A stretch of 64,000 nucleotides of DNA from Terriglobia bacterium (GCA_965198225.1 CBDAOY010000007.1:416001-480000); one strand, 5' to 3'. Positions 8,356 to 18,411 are shown, counted from the stretch's first letter. Numbers and translations are program-made. Notes: a model not told the origin generated them from the sequence alone.

Positions 8356-10851
8356 TTAGGGTCGGGCCGGGCAGTCATCGGTTGGGAAATACTGCAGGCA
8401 TTCCTGGGCTGTTAAGTCGCGAAATATGCGCGCGCGCGCGCGTTCGAGCAAACTCTCGATTTCGCGTGCCCATATCTTGGCCGTCCCATCCTGGCTCGCG
8501 GTGGCGACTCGCGTCCCGTCCCCGCTGAACGCCACCCCATACACATCGCCGCCGTGGCCGCTCAGGGTCCGCAACTCCTGCCCCGTTGCCGCATCCCATA
8601 TCTTGGCCGTCCCATCGACGCTCGCGGTGGCGACTCGCGTTCCGCCCCCGCTGAACGCCACGCCATACACATCGGTGCCGTGGCCGCTCAGGGTAAGCAA
8701 CTCTTTCCCGGTTGCCGCATCCCATATCTTGGCCGTCCCATCGGCGCTCGCGGTGCTCACCCGCGTCCCGTCCCCGTTGAACGCAACCCCAATCAAAATG
8801 GTGTCGTGGCCGCTCAGGGTAAGCAAGTCCTCCCCGGTTGCTGTATCCCATATCTTGGCAGTCCCATCCTCGCTCGTGGTGGCCACTCGTGTCCCATTCC
8901 CGCTAAACGCCACCGCATACAGATAGGGCTCGTGGCCGCTCAGGGTAAGCAAGTCCTCCCCGGTTGTCGCATCCCATATCTTGGCCGTCCCATCCTGGCT
9001 CGCGGTGGCGACTCGCGTCCCGTCCCCGCTGAACGCCACGCCATACACACCGGCGTCGTGGCCTCTCAGGGTAAGCAACTCTTCCCCGGTTGTCGCATCC
9101 CATATCTTGGCCGTCCCATCCTGGCTCGCGGTGGCGACTCGCGTCCCGTCCCCGCTGAACGCCACGCCATACACACCGGCGTCGTGGCCTCTCAGGGTCC
9201 GCGACTCCTCCCCGGTCGTCGCATCCCATATCTTGGCCGTCCCATCGGCGCCCGCCGTGCCCACCCGCGCCCCGTCCCCGCTGAACGCCACGCCATACAC
9301 ACCGGCGTCGTGGCCGCTCAGGGTCCGCAATTCCTCCCCGGTTGCCGCATCCCAAATCTTGACCGTGCCATCGGCGCTCGTCGTGCCCACCCGCGTCCCG
9401 TCCCCGTTGAACGCCACGCCATACACATCGCCGCCGTGCCCGCTCAGGGTAAGCAACTCCTGCCCGGTTGCCGCATCCCATGTCTTAGCCGTCCCATCGA
9501 CGCTCCCGGTGGTCAGTCGCGTCCCGTCCCCGCTGAACGCCACCCCATACAAAGAGTCTTCGTGGCCGCTCAGGGTCCGCAACTCTTCCCCGGTTGCCGC
9601 ATCCCATATCTTGGCCGTCCGATCGACGCTCGCGGTGGCGACTCGCGTCCCGTCCCCGCTGAACGCCACCCCATACAGATAGTCTTCGTGGCCGCTCAGG
9701 GTAAGCAACTCCTGCCCGGTTGCCGCATCCCAAATCTTGGCCGTCCCATCGACACTCGCGGTGGCGACTCGCGTTCCGCCCCCGCTGAACGCCACGCCAT
9801 ACACATCGGCGTCGTGGCCGCTCAGGGTCCGCAACTCCTGCCCGGTTGCCGCATCCCAAATCTTGGCCGTCCCATCGGCGCTCGCGGTGGCGACTCGCGT
9901 CCCGTCCCCGCTGAACGCCACCCCATACACATCGGCGTCGTGGCCGCTCAGGGTCCGTTCGACAAAAGATGTCGCGACGGCCCGGTAGAGCACGCCTTCT
10001 GCGACCGGAAGTGTATCCCCGCCGAAATTGTGAGTGGCCTGTACCGCATGCACTCCCAAAATGACGCTAAGTTCCGGATCTTGGGACAGGCTGCCTTCCG
10101 CGTAGGCGGCTAGTTCCCGCGCCCGGCCTTCTCGTCCGTTTTCTTCAGCGATGAAGGTCTGTTGAACGGCGTAGGACACGGCAAGAACGGCGAGAACGAG
10201 TGCCGCCATCGCCACTGATAAATAGGCCTTGAGTCGCGAGCGCATCCTCCTCTCTTTTTGCAAATCTTGTTCTAAGTCTTGCCTGGAGGTAACATTCTCG
10301 CTCTCGCGGATTCCACCGATGATGCGCTCGCGAATGTTAGTCCGGATGTCGTCGCGCTCCTGCGAAGACAGGAGTTCCCACTTCCCGGGCTGAACAGGCA
10401 GGCGCTGCGCGTTTGGCCAGCGTGCTTGCACAACGTCGGGTGTCCATCGGGCGCCCTCTCCCGTTGAATCGATAAGAATTGGTGCGACGTGACGGTTGGC
10501 CAACCACCAGTCCAGTTCCTTGTGGACCCAATCGTCCACGCCTCGATTCGGGAAAGCGCCCGGCGAGCACACAAGAAGCATCGCCCGCGCCCGCTGTAGC
10601 GCCGGCTCGTGAACGCGAGTCCAGTCGTCGACAGCGGGAGCCGATTGATCGTAGTAGAGCTCAAGCTCGGGCGGCGCGTCGTATCCATCGGGGATAAAGG
10701 GGAGGGGTTGCCTGTGAAGAGTCTCGTAAAGCCACTCTGCGGCTCCACCTCCGTCGACTTGGCGATAGCAGATGAAGATGTCCCAGGTTGCAGGGGGGCG
10801 TGCGGGTTCACTCCCTTCAGCGCTGGGGTTATTAGTGTGGTCTGCCGACAT
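8356..10851 (-). CDS. TIR domain + TM helix + 12 near-identical WD40 repeats
   Basis: DIFICYR...WVHKEL TIR motifs; hydrophobic VAMAALVLAVLAVSYAV; 42-aa TLSGH...AKIWD repeats. Confidence 0.9.
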   Translation of the reverse strand: MSADHTNNPSAEGSEPARPPATWDIFICYRQVDGGGAAEWLYETLHRQPLPFIPDGYDAPPELELYYDQSAPAVDDWTRVHEPALQRARAMLLVCSPGAFPNRGVDDWVHKELDWWLANRHVAPILIDSTGEGARWTPDVVQARWPNAQRLPVQPGKWELLSSQERDDIRTNIRERIIGGIRESENVTSRQDLEQDLQKERRMRSRLKAYLSVAMAALVLAVLAVSYAVQQTFIAEENGREGRARELAAYAEGSLSQDPELSVILGVHAVQATHNFGGDTLPVAEGVLYRAVATSFVERTLSGHDADVYGVAFSGDGTRVATASADGTAKIWDAATGQELRTLSGHDADVYGVAFSGGGTRVATASVDGTAKIWDAATGQELLTLSGHEDYLYGVAFSGDGTRVATASVDRTAKIWDAATGEELRTLSGHEDSLYGVAFSGDGTRLTTGSVDGTAKTWDAATGQELLTLSGHGGDVYGVAFNGDGTRVGTTSADGTVKIWDAATGEELRTLSGHDAGVYGVAFSGDGARVGTAGADGTAKIWDATTGEESRTLRGHDAGVYGVAFSGDGTRVATASQDGTAKIWDATTGEELLTLRGHDAGVYGVAFSGDGTRVATASQDGTAKIWDATTGEDLLTLSGHEPYLYAVAFSGNGTRVATTSEDGTAKIWDTATGEDLLTLSGHDTILIGVAFNGDGTRVSTASADGTAKIWDAATGKELLTLSGHGTDVYGVAFSGGGTRVATASVDGTAKIWDAATGQELRTLSGHGGDVYGVAFSGDGTRVATASQDGTAKIWAREIESLLERARARIFRDLTAQECLQYFPTDDCPARP
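8470..9958 (-). repeat. 126-bp tandem coding repeats (WD40)
   Basis: Twelve highly similar 126-bp units. Confidence 0.95.
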
Positions 10852-10917
10852 CGATAAGTGTCAGCTTGGGAAACGAACCCCTAACTGTCAATCAATTACT
10901 AGGAGTCAAATCGAGTG

Positions 10918-10979
10918 TGGTTGCTCTAGAGGGACTTCGAATCTCCACAGGATCGCTCCCGACTAGATCCTTAATCTGG
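10918..10979 (-). pseudogene. Degenerate tRNA-Leu-like 3' fragment
   Basis: Minus strand reads CCAGATTAAGGATCTAG, long variable arm, GGAGATTCGAAGTCC...ACCA; 5' half missing. Confidence 0.5.
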
Positions 10980-11077
10980 TTGTTCCATCAAGGTGGAAGC
11001 GCGTTCCGTGGCGGCTGGCCAAGGTTGAAGGCGGGTGAGGGAAGAACGGCCAAGCCTGAGTACCGGGAGCTGAGGGC

Positions 11078-11373
11078 AAAAAAAAAGGAGGGGTCAGCCG
11101 TCGCCGCTCTCGCCACTAGTATGCGTGAGCCCGGAATCGACTCTCCGGCCAGGCCCCCGATCGTCAGAGCCTGTGTCAGACCCTCATCGGTTTTGCGAGT
11201 TGCCCCGCATCCCCTCTTCGGGCCTGCTTCAAACTCCGTCCGGCTTGCGAGTCGCCCCATAAGCCGTCCAGGGCTTGAATCGGCTCCTGATCGCTCTGCG
11301 AGTTACCCCGCAAATCCGTTCAGAAGCCATGCCGGGTCATCAATCTGGTTGCGATCAGCTAACCCCAACCGCG
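11078..11373 (-). ncRNA. Candidate structured ncRNA, copy 2, with 3 GNRA-hairpin modules
   Basis: Hairpins at 11195, 11247, 11298 with loops GCAA, GCGA, GUAA; closing helix 11356-11366 with 11090-11100; U9 tract at 11078-11086. Confidence 0.7.
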
Positions 11374-11423
11374 CAGTAGAATCTACCTTTCTCGGTAGGG
11401 TGTCAATACAGAAAAATTTGCGC
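11373..11423 (-). promoter_or_regulatory. Sigma70-like promoter for ncRNA copy 2
   Basis: TTGACA (11401-11406), N15, TAGATT (11380-11385); 23-nt block identical to copy 1. Confidence 0.55.
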
Positions 11424-11633
11424 TGTTAATATTGATAAAAGTACTGATACTAAATGTGTTAACAGGTGCATGCATTCGCTGCGTCCGGGCTCGTGTCCAC
11501 GACCGTAACAAATTGCAATTTGCCGTTCGAATGCTTCCAAACCGCGTTTTCGGAGGGCCCGAACGCGGGTGTTTCCTGAGATAATGATGGCCAGATGGCG
11601 CAGTTGTTCGGAAACGCTGCGGAGGAGGTCCCT

Positions 11634-12678
11634 GTGCGTATAGGCATTCCAACCGAGATAAAACCGAAAGAAGGTCGAGTTGCGTTGATTCCACCCGCTG
11701 CGGCCGAGCTTGTGCAAGACGGGCATGAAGTGTTGTTGCAGTCGGACGCCGGGGTTGGGACCGGCTACTCTGATCAGGACTACATCGATGTGGGGGTGCG
11801 CATCGTAGCGGACGCGCAGGAAGTTTACGGTGAGGCCCAGATGGTCCTGAAGGTGAAAGAGCCGATCGAGCCGGAGTTCGAACTCCTGAGAGAAGATCAC
11901 CTGTTGTTCTGCTTCCTCCACCTGGCTGCTCTTCCCGAATTGACGCGCGTCCTTCAGAACAAGGGTTTGACGGCGGTGGCCTGGGAGACCGTCGAGGAGC
12001 GGGGGAGACTGCCGATCCTGGCGCCCATGAGTGAGATTGCCGGCCGTCTCGCTGCTTCATCGCCACCACGGAGGACGCGGGCTGATGCTGGGAGGCCTTC
12101 CCTCGTCGGATCGCGGTCACGTGGTGGTGCTGGGAGCGGGCAGCGTCGGCATCAACTCCGCCGAAGTCGCGGCCGCTCTGGGAGCTCGAGTGACGGTGCT
12201 TGCGCGAAGCCGGGAAAGCCACGCCCGCGCAAACGCTCTGGGCCCGAACGTCACCGGCTTGCCTGCTTATAGAGACATGGTTGCGGAGGCTGTCGCGGAT
12301 GCAGACCTGCTGGTGGGTGCGGTGCTGATCCCGGGAGCCCGGGCGCCGAAATCAGTGGATGCCGCGATGGTGCGCAGCATGAAGCCCGGCAGCGTGATCG
12401 TCGACGTGTCCGTCGACCAGGGCGGTTGTGTGGAAACCATTCGCCCGACCACGTATGAAGACCCGACCTACGTCGTCGATGAAGTGGTTCATTTTGGAGT
12501 CACCAACATGCCGGGAGCCGTTCCGCGCACCAGTTCCCAAGCGCTCTCGAGCGCGCTCGTTCCCTACACGTTACGGCTGGCTGGGGAGGGAGGCCTGTCC
12601 GATCCAGCACTGCGTGCAGGGATCAACGTTCAAGCCGGAACAATCGTCCATCCGGCAGTCGCCGAAGCCATGGTTTGA
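11634..12678 (+). pseudogene. ald: Alanine dehydrogenase, frameshifted near 12045-12055
   Basis: RIGIPTEIKPKEGRVAL N-terminus and GAVLIPGARAPK / DQGGCVET / NMPGAVPRTS C-terminus are in different frames. Confidence 0.9.
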
Positions 12679-12694
12679 AGGAGGAGTCTTTTTG

Positions 12695-14050
12695 ATGTCG
12701 AATGCTGCCAAAGCTGAAGTCGAAAAGTTCATGACGGGGTTGATTCGACGAAATCCCGGAGAGACGGAGTTTCATCAGGCTGTTCGAGAGGTTGCCGAAA
12801 GCATGGCGCCCTTCATGATGGAACATCCCGAATACACACGAGCCCGGATCGCCGAGAGGATGACCGAGCCCGACCGCATCATCATGTTTCGTGTGACCTG
12901 GCAGGACGATGCCGGGAGCGTTCGGGCAAACCGGGCCTGGCGGGTTCAGTTCAACAACGCAATCGGTCCATACAAGGGAGGAATGCGATTCCATCCGACG
13001 GTGACACAGAGCGTGCTGAAGTTTCTGGGGTTCGAGCAGGTATTCAAGAACAGTCTCACGGGGCTTCCGATGGGGGCGGCGAAGGGTGGCTCGAACTTCA
13101 ACCCGAAAGGGAAGAGCGAAAGCGAGGTGATGCGGTTCTGCCAGTCGCTGATGACCGAACTGCACCGATACATCGGTGAGGACATTGATGTGCCGGCCGG
13201 TGACATCGGCGTGGGAGCCCGCGAGATCAGCTTCCTGTTTGGACAGTACAAGCGGCTCGAGAACCGGTTTGCAGGGATCCTGACGGGAAAGGGACTTGCT
13301 TTTGGCGGAAGTGCGATTCGTCGCGAATCGACCGGCTACGGGTGCGTCTACTTTATGCAGAACATGCTCGAGACACGAGGGAGTGGCCTCGAAGGGAAGA
13401 CCTGTACTGTTTCCGGATCGGGGAATGTCGCCCTCTATGCGCTCGAGAAACTCATTCACTTCGAGGCCAGGCCGGTTACCGCATCGGATTCGGAGGGATT
13501 CATCCATGACCCCGACGGGATCGACGAAGAGAAACTGGAATGGTTGAAAGATCTGAAGGAAGCGCGCAGGGGGCGTATCCGGGAATACGCCGAGCATTTC
13601 GACGGCTCGACATTCTATGAGGGCCAACGCCCCTGGGGCGTCAAGGTCGACCTGGCTTTCCCCTGCGCGACACAGAACGAACTGGAAATCCAAGACGCCA
13701 AGGAACTCCTTGGAAACGGCATGATCGGCGTCGCTGAAGGAGCCAACATGCCGTGTACTCCTGAAGCCATCCACGCCTTCCTGCGGGCACGGACGCTGGT
13801 CGGACCCGGAAAGGCAGCCAATGCCGGCGGCGTTGCCGTCTCCGGCCTGGAACAAAGCCAGAACGCCCTGCGTATCTCGTGGTCCCGCGAGGAAGTCGAC
13901 ACCCGCCTTCAACAGATCATGCGGGACATCCACGCCAGATGCGTGCGCTACGGTTACGAGAAAGACGGCTACATCAACTACGTCAACGGTGCGAACATTG
14001 CCGGTTTCGTGAAGGTCGCCGATGCCATGTTGGCCTATGGCGTCGTGTAG
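12695..14050 (+). CDS. gdhA: Glutamate dehydrogenase (GdhA type)
   Basis: GPYKGGMRFHP, DVPAGDIGVG, KAANAGGVAVSGLE; GGAGG RBS. Confidence 0.95.
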   Translation: MSNAAKAEVEKFMTGLIRRNPGETEFHQAVREVAESMAPFMMEHPEYTRARIAERMTEPDRIIMFRVTWQDDAGSVRANRAWRVQFNNAIGPYKGGMRFHPTVTQSVLKFLGFEQVFKNSLTGLPMGAAKGGSNFNPKGKSESEVMRFCQSLMTELHRYIGEDIDVPAGDIGVGAREISFLFGQYKRLENRFAGILTGKGLAFGGSAIRRESTGYGCVYFMQNMLETRGSGLEGKTCTVSGSGNVALYALEKLIHFEARPVTASDSEGFIHDPDGIDEEKLEWLKDLKEARRGRIREYAEHFDGSTFYEGQRPWGVKVDLAFPCATQNELEIQDAKELLGNGMIGVAEGANMPCTPEAIHAFLRARTLVGPGKAANAGGVAVSGLEQSQNALRISWSREEVDTRLQQIMRDIHARCVRYGYEKDGYINYVNGANIAGFVKVADAMLAYGVV

Positions 14051-14134
14051 GTGCGGTCATACAAGCTGTGAACGAATGCCATCTGTTTGAGAATCGGGTG
14101 GCGGGGCTTTTCATGAAGAACCTGCGATCCTCAA

Positions 14135-14207
14135 GTGTAGGTGCGCTCTATGAGCGCACAAATGCCCGCGGGACCACAAGTTGTGCGGTCATAGACCGCA
14201 CCTACAC
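14135..14207. repeat. REP-like paired palindrome
   Basis: GTGTAGGTGCGCTCTATGAGCGCAC...GTGCGGTCATAGACCGCACCTACAC. Confidence 0.85.
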
Positions 14208-14387
14208 TCGACCGACGTTTCGAATACTCCTCAATCAAGCAAGTTGATGGAACCTCCGTCCATCAATTCATCCTGCGTTTCAACGTATTGCTCGCTACTT
14301 CTGTAACTTAGCGGCTTTCCCTCATTCTGGAACTCCACATGCAACATGGTTTTGCACTCCACAAGTGTGTACCAGCGAGGTGACGAC

Positions 14388-15041
14388 ATGGTTGGATCCG
14401 AGCGAGAGCAGGAGAGTCTTCGGCTCGACCCTCTTTTTGCGAGTAAACAGAAGGCGGAAGACCCCGAAGGAAGTCGGGAAGAGATCCTGGCCCAGCTACG
14501 GCGGATGAAGGGGGAGAAATCAGGGCTCGAGGAGGAGTTCGAAGCCGCGACGCATCGCTGGCACGGCGAAAAACGGAGATTGCAGACGGCAGTCGAGATC
14601 CTGCGTGGGAGCGTCGAGGGCTTGCGAGGCCATGAGACGGAAGTGGAGCAGCTTCGGCGGCGCTTTGAAGAAACCCAGCGCTACAACCGTCAGCTCGAGC
14701 TGAAGTGTGAGGAACAGGCAGCCAAGTTCGAATCCGAGGAAAAACGATTCCGTTCTCACATCGAGGATCTGGAAGGTCAGCTCGTCGAACTGCTCGACAG
14801 GTCCGGAAACCACCACCGCGCCGCGCAGGCCATGGAAGAAAGGGCCGAACGCGAACTGGATGCCAAGAAACGTCTGCTGGAGGTGGAGTCCGAGCGACGA
14901 AGACGCTCGAGTGAAATAGAATGGCAGAAGGAACGCCGCAGCCTGGAGCTGGAGATCGAGAAGCTCCAGGGAGAGCTCGCGGTGCTGTCTACGCCTAAAG
15001 TCTCTTCACTGTTCCGCAACTTCCTCTCTCTCCGAAAGTAG
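14388..15041 (+). CDS. Coiled-coil hypothetical protein
   Basis: E/R/K-rich heptad-like ORF with GAGGTG RBS. Confidence 0.65.
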   Translation: MVGSEREQESLRLDPLFASKQKAEDPEGSREEILAQLRRMKGEKSGLEEEFEAATHRWHGEKRRLQTAVEILRGSVEGLRGHETEVEQLRRRFEETQRYNRQLELKCEEQAAKFESEEKRFRSHIEDLEGQLVELLDRSGNHHRAAQAMEERAERELDAKKRLLEVESERRRRSSEIEWQKERRSLELEIEKLQGELAVLSTPKVSSLFRNFLSLRK

Positions 15042-15132
15042 CCACCCGTCCCAGGGAATAAATCGGACATCAACTGGAATATGTTGAGTAAGGCCGGCGA
15101 GCGCGCGCTGCCGGCAGACGGGAGAGACAAGA

Positions 15133-15678
15133 ATGAGGCGAGTCGCTTGGGTTGTGACATTTTGTATTTTGATCGCCGGTTGCGGAACCATGGAGAGCGA
15201 GATCCCATCGGCTGTTCGAGGTGAGTTCGGGCTCCCACCGGCACCGGAGTTTGATCTGGCGGCCTTCTCCGGCGGGACAATAGCTTCGGAGGAACTTCGC
15301 GTCAGAGTCGTGATTGCCGATTTCTGGGCAACCTGGTGCACCTATTGCATCGCCGAAGTGCCCGAATACAACGCGATACACCGCGAGCAGAATCCCGAAG
15401 AGGTGGTCGTGCTCGGGATTGCCGTCGAGTCGGGATCCTTCGAAGACGTGGCGCCCCGCATCAAGGAATTCGGGATGGAATACGCGGTGGTGATGGGGAA
15501 CCTCGATGTGCTGCAAGGCTTCGGAGGGACCACGGGCTATCCGGTCACGTGGGTGGTTACACCGGACTGGAAGATCTACAAGAAGTATTTCGGCGCCCTG
15601 CCGAACAAGAGGGAACTGCTGGAGAGGGACATTCGCGACCTGCTTGCCCGAGCTGCCCCGACCGCGACGTCCGAGTAA
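15133..15678 (+). CDS. TlpA-like thiol-disulfide oxidoreductase lipoprotein
   Basis: DFWATWCTYC motif; lipobox IAGC. Confidence 0.9.
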   Translation: MRRVAWVVTFCILIAGCGTMESEIPSAVRGEFGLPPAPEFDLAAFSGGTIASEELRVRVVIADFWATWCTYCIAEVPEYNAIHREQNPEEVVVLGIAVESGSFEDVAPRIKEFGMEYAVVMGNLDVLQGFGGTTGYPVTWVVTPDWKIYKKYFGALPNKRELLERDIRDLLARAAPTATSE

Positions 15679-15784
15679 GGTTTGACACCCTCGGAATGAA
15701 ACAGCATTGGCTCGGGCGTCACTCCTAGAATCCGACGCCGTTCGGCCGAACGCTGGTACCGATAGCCCTGTTACAGGTAACTAG

Positions 15785-17105
15785 CAGGCTGCTGAAAAAC
15801 TTCGTTCGTTAAGAGAACGAGGGCTTCGATTGGGAATCTCAGAGCAATGAACGCCGAGGTGAATGACGAAAGTGAGAAATCGGTCATCCGATGGAGACGG
15901 ATTGAGGGGCCAGGCGATCCAGAGTGGCCTGTGTTGATCCATTCAGCAGGTCTCCATTGTGAGATTCCGTATGCGAACCATGTTGTAGGCGGCCGCGGCG
16001 AAAGTGAACATCCAGCCCACTCGATCCGCCCCGCGATGGCGCGTCTTGCGCATCGTGCCAACGGTCTTCATCCAGCCAAAGATTTCTTCGACGCGCTTGC
16101 GCTTCCGTTGACTGACCCGGTAGCTGTCGTGTCGCACGGTGCGCCGGTCGATCGCAGTGAACTGTCGTTTCTGAGCGACATGAGGTGTCACCTTCAACGC
16201 GCGTGCCTGAGAGACAAACGACCGGGTGTCGTAGCCCTTGTCCGCACCCAGAGTTGCGCGTCCCGCTCCCGATACGCCGGCAACCATCCTCAAAGCGGCT
16301 TCGCGTTCCGCTGTCCCGGTCGCGGCGGTGACTTCGGCATCGACCACCAGTCCGTGCCGGTTGTCCATGAGCACATGTCCCATGTAATTGAGTTTCGCTT
16401 CAGTCCCAAGCGACTTGCGAAACATCCGGGCACCCGGGTCCGTCGTCGATTGATGCGTCTGATTCGTCCGCTGTTCCCCGTGAAAATGGACATCGGGGTT
16501 CCGCGGCCCACGCCGGTTCTTTCGCCGCACCTTCCCTTTCTTTCGGAAGCTCTTCTGTCCGGCCCACGCTTCAATCAGCGTTCCGTCCACGCTGAAATGT
16601 TCATCCGAAAGCAGACGGCTCGCGCGTGCCTTCTCCACCACAGCCCGGAAGAACAACTCGGCGACTTCTCCGGCCAACAATCGGTCACGGTTCTTGGTAA
16701 ACACCGTCGGTACCCATACCTCGTCGTCCAGGCTCAGGCCAACGAACCAGCGAAACAGCAGGTTATAGTTCAGCTGCTCCATCAACATCCGTTCACTGCG
16801 GACCGTATACAGCACCTGCAACAGCAACGCGCGCAGCAACTGCTCGGGCGGAATCGACGGTCGCCCGACACCGGAGTACATCGAATCGAATACGCCCGAA
16901 AGCTCCTCCAGAACCTCATCGACCATTTCCTTCATCGGTCTCAACGGGTGGTCTTCCGGTACCCGGCGTTCTGGCGATATGTAACTAAACATCGACTCCT
17001 GATGGCTCTCCACTCCTCGCATTCGGTGCCTCCTGGGCTCGTTTCGCCCAGATTCCCCCGAATCGATGTCAGCGTTGGTCCATCTCGGAGTTTTTCAGCA
17101 GCCTG
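15785..17105 (-). mobile_element. Complete IS5-family element
   Basis: TIR CAGGCTGCTGAAAAAC at both ends, flanked by CTAG at 15781-15784 and 17106-17109. Confidence 0.9.
15943..17022 (-). CDS. IS5-family DDE transposase
   Basis: RVPEDHPLR, GRPSIPPE, VDGTLIEAWA, GADKGYD. Confidence 0.92.
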   Translation of the reverse strand: MRGVESHQESMFSYISPERRVPEDHPLRPMKEMVDEVLEELSGVFDSMYSGVGRPSIPPEQLLRALLLQVLYTVRSERMLMEQLNYNLLFRWFVGLSLDDEVWVPTVFTKNRDRLLAGEVAELFFRAVVEKARASRLLSDEHFSVDGTLIEAWAGQKSFRKKGKVRRKNRRGPRNPDVHFHGEQRTNQTHQSTTDPGARMFRKSLGTEAKLNYMGHVLMDNRHGLVVDAEVTAATGTAEREAALRMVAGVSGAGRATLGADKGYDTRSFVSQARALKVTPHVAQKRQFTAIDRRTVRHDSYRVSQRKRKRVEEIFGWMKTVGTMRKTRHRGADRVGWMFTFAAAAYNMVRIRNLTMETC

Positions 17106-17256
17106 CTAGAGACAGAACCTGCCCCAGCCGCCAGCTTTCGCCCTCGAGGAGAAACCGGAACGGCTTTCGCCACAGTTCCCTTATAATGCCTATTTTGGCC
17201 ACGGGCTGGTGTTACCGCGTTTTCGCGTGCGCGAGCTTGCGCAGAGTCAATCTATT

Positions 17257-17326
17257 GTGTAGGTGCGCTCTATGAGCGCACAGCAGTTGCTTTCGCGACC
17301 GTGTGCGGTCATAGACCGCACCTACA
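17257..17326. repeat. REP-like paired palindrome
   Basis: Same family as 14135-14207. Confidence 0.85.
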
Positions 17327-17415
17327 AGTTCTCGACAACTCTCGCGTTCTAGGGGGAGTAACGAGTGCTTGTGAGAAATGCGGACTAGGGGCTCTCGATA
17401 CAGGCAGGGAACTAC

Positions 17416-18411
17416 GTGAAAGAAGTAGTCGAGCTCGACGACAAACAAATCGAACAGTTCCAGACTGAATTCCAACGAGTCAATTCCGAGATTTCCAAGG
17501 TTATCGTCGGATACGGCGAGGTCATCGACGACCTCCTGATCACCGTGCTTGCACGAGGCCACGCCATCCTCGAGGGCGTTCCCGGCGTCGGGAAGACTCG
17601 ACTCGTACAGACTCTGAGCGACGTTCTCCACCTGAAGTCCTCACGAATCCAATTCACGCCCGATCTGATGCCCGCCGACATCGTGGGAACGAATGTCGTC
17701 CAGGAGAGCGATACCGGCCACAAGGTCCTCGAATTTCAACCCGGGCCGGTGTTCGCCAATATCGTGCTTGCCGACGAGATCAACAGGGCCACGCCAAAGA
17801 CGCAGTCTGCGCTGCTGGAGGCCATGCAGGAGAAGACGGTCACTGTAGGGAATCAGACCTACCGGCTCGAACCTCCTTTCATCGTTCTCGCCACGCTCAA
17901 CCCCCTCGAACTGGAAGCCACCTACCCGCTGCCGGAAGCCCAGGTCGATCGATTCTTCATGAAGCTGAGGATGGATTTCCCGGATATGGACAGCATCCAC
18001 GAGATTCTGGATCGAACGACCCAATCCGAATCGCCTGCGGTCAAAAGAGTCTGGGACGCCGAGAAGATACTGGACCTGCGCCAGACCGCTCTGGGACTAC
18101 AGATTTCTGACACGGTACAGGACTACGCCATCCGCATCGTGATGGCGACCCAGCCGACGACCGAATACGCCCACGACCTGACGAAGCGTTACTTGCGCTA
18201 TGGCGCCAGTCCCAGGGGATCGCAGGCGCTGGTGATCGGCGCGAAGGTCTGCGCCCTGCTAAAAGGCCGCCGTGAGGTAGCCCCGGAAGATATCCGTTCC
18301 GTGGTGCTGCCCGCGCTCCGCCACCGTGTCATCTTGAACTTCGAGGGTGAAGCCGAGCGGATCGATCCCGACAAAGTACTGCAGGCGATCATCGACGGCA
18401 CTGCGGAGTAG
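17416..18411 (+). CDS. moxR: MoxR-family AAA+ ATPase
   Basis: GVPGVGKT, RIQFTPDLMPAD, DEINRATPKTQSALLEAM. Confidence 0.93.
   Translation: MKEVVELDDKQIEQFQTEFQRVNSEISKVIVGYGEVIDDLLITVLARGHAILEGVPGVGKTRLVQTLSDVLHLKSSRIQFTPDLMPADIVGTNVVQESDTGHKVLEFQPGPVFANIVLADEINRATPKTQSALLEAMQEKTVTVGNQTYRLEPPFIVLATLNPLELEATYPLPEAQVDRFFMKLRMDFPDMDSIHEILDRTTQSESPAVKRVWDAEKILDLRQTALGLQISDTVQDYAIRIVMATQPTTEYAHDLTKRYLRYGASPRGSQALVIGAKVCALLKGRREVAPEDIRSVVLPALRHRVILNFEGEAERIDPDKVLQAIIDGTAE

Noticed and set aside
8426-10113. Long repetitive plus-strand ORFs; diversity-generating retroelement
   Set aside because: The ORFs are antisense shadows of the WD40 repeats; there is no reverse transcriptase or adenine-specific TR/VR pair.
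8143-10979. Functional tRNA genes
   Set aside because: Only degenerate 3' portions are present, with no 5' acceptor strand or D-arm.
15847-17109. 420-aa plus-strand ORF
   Set aside because: Antisense to the IS5 transposase.
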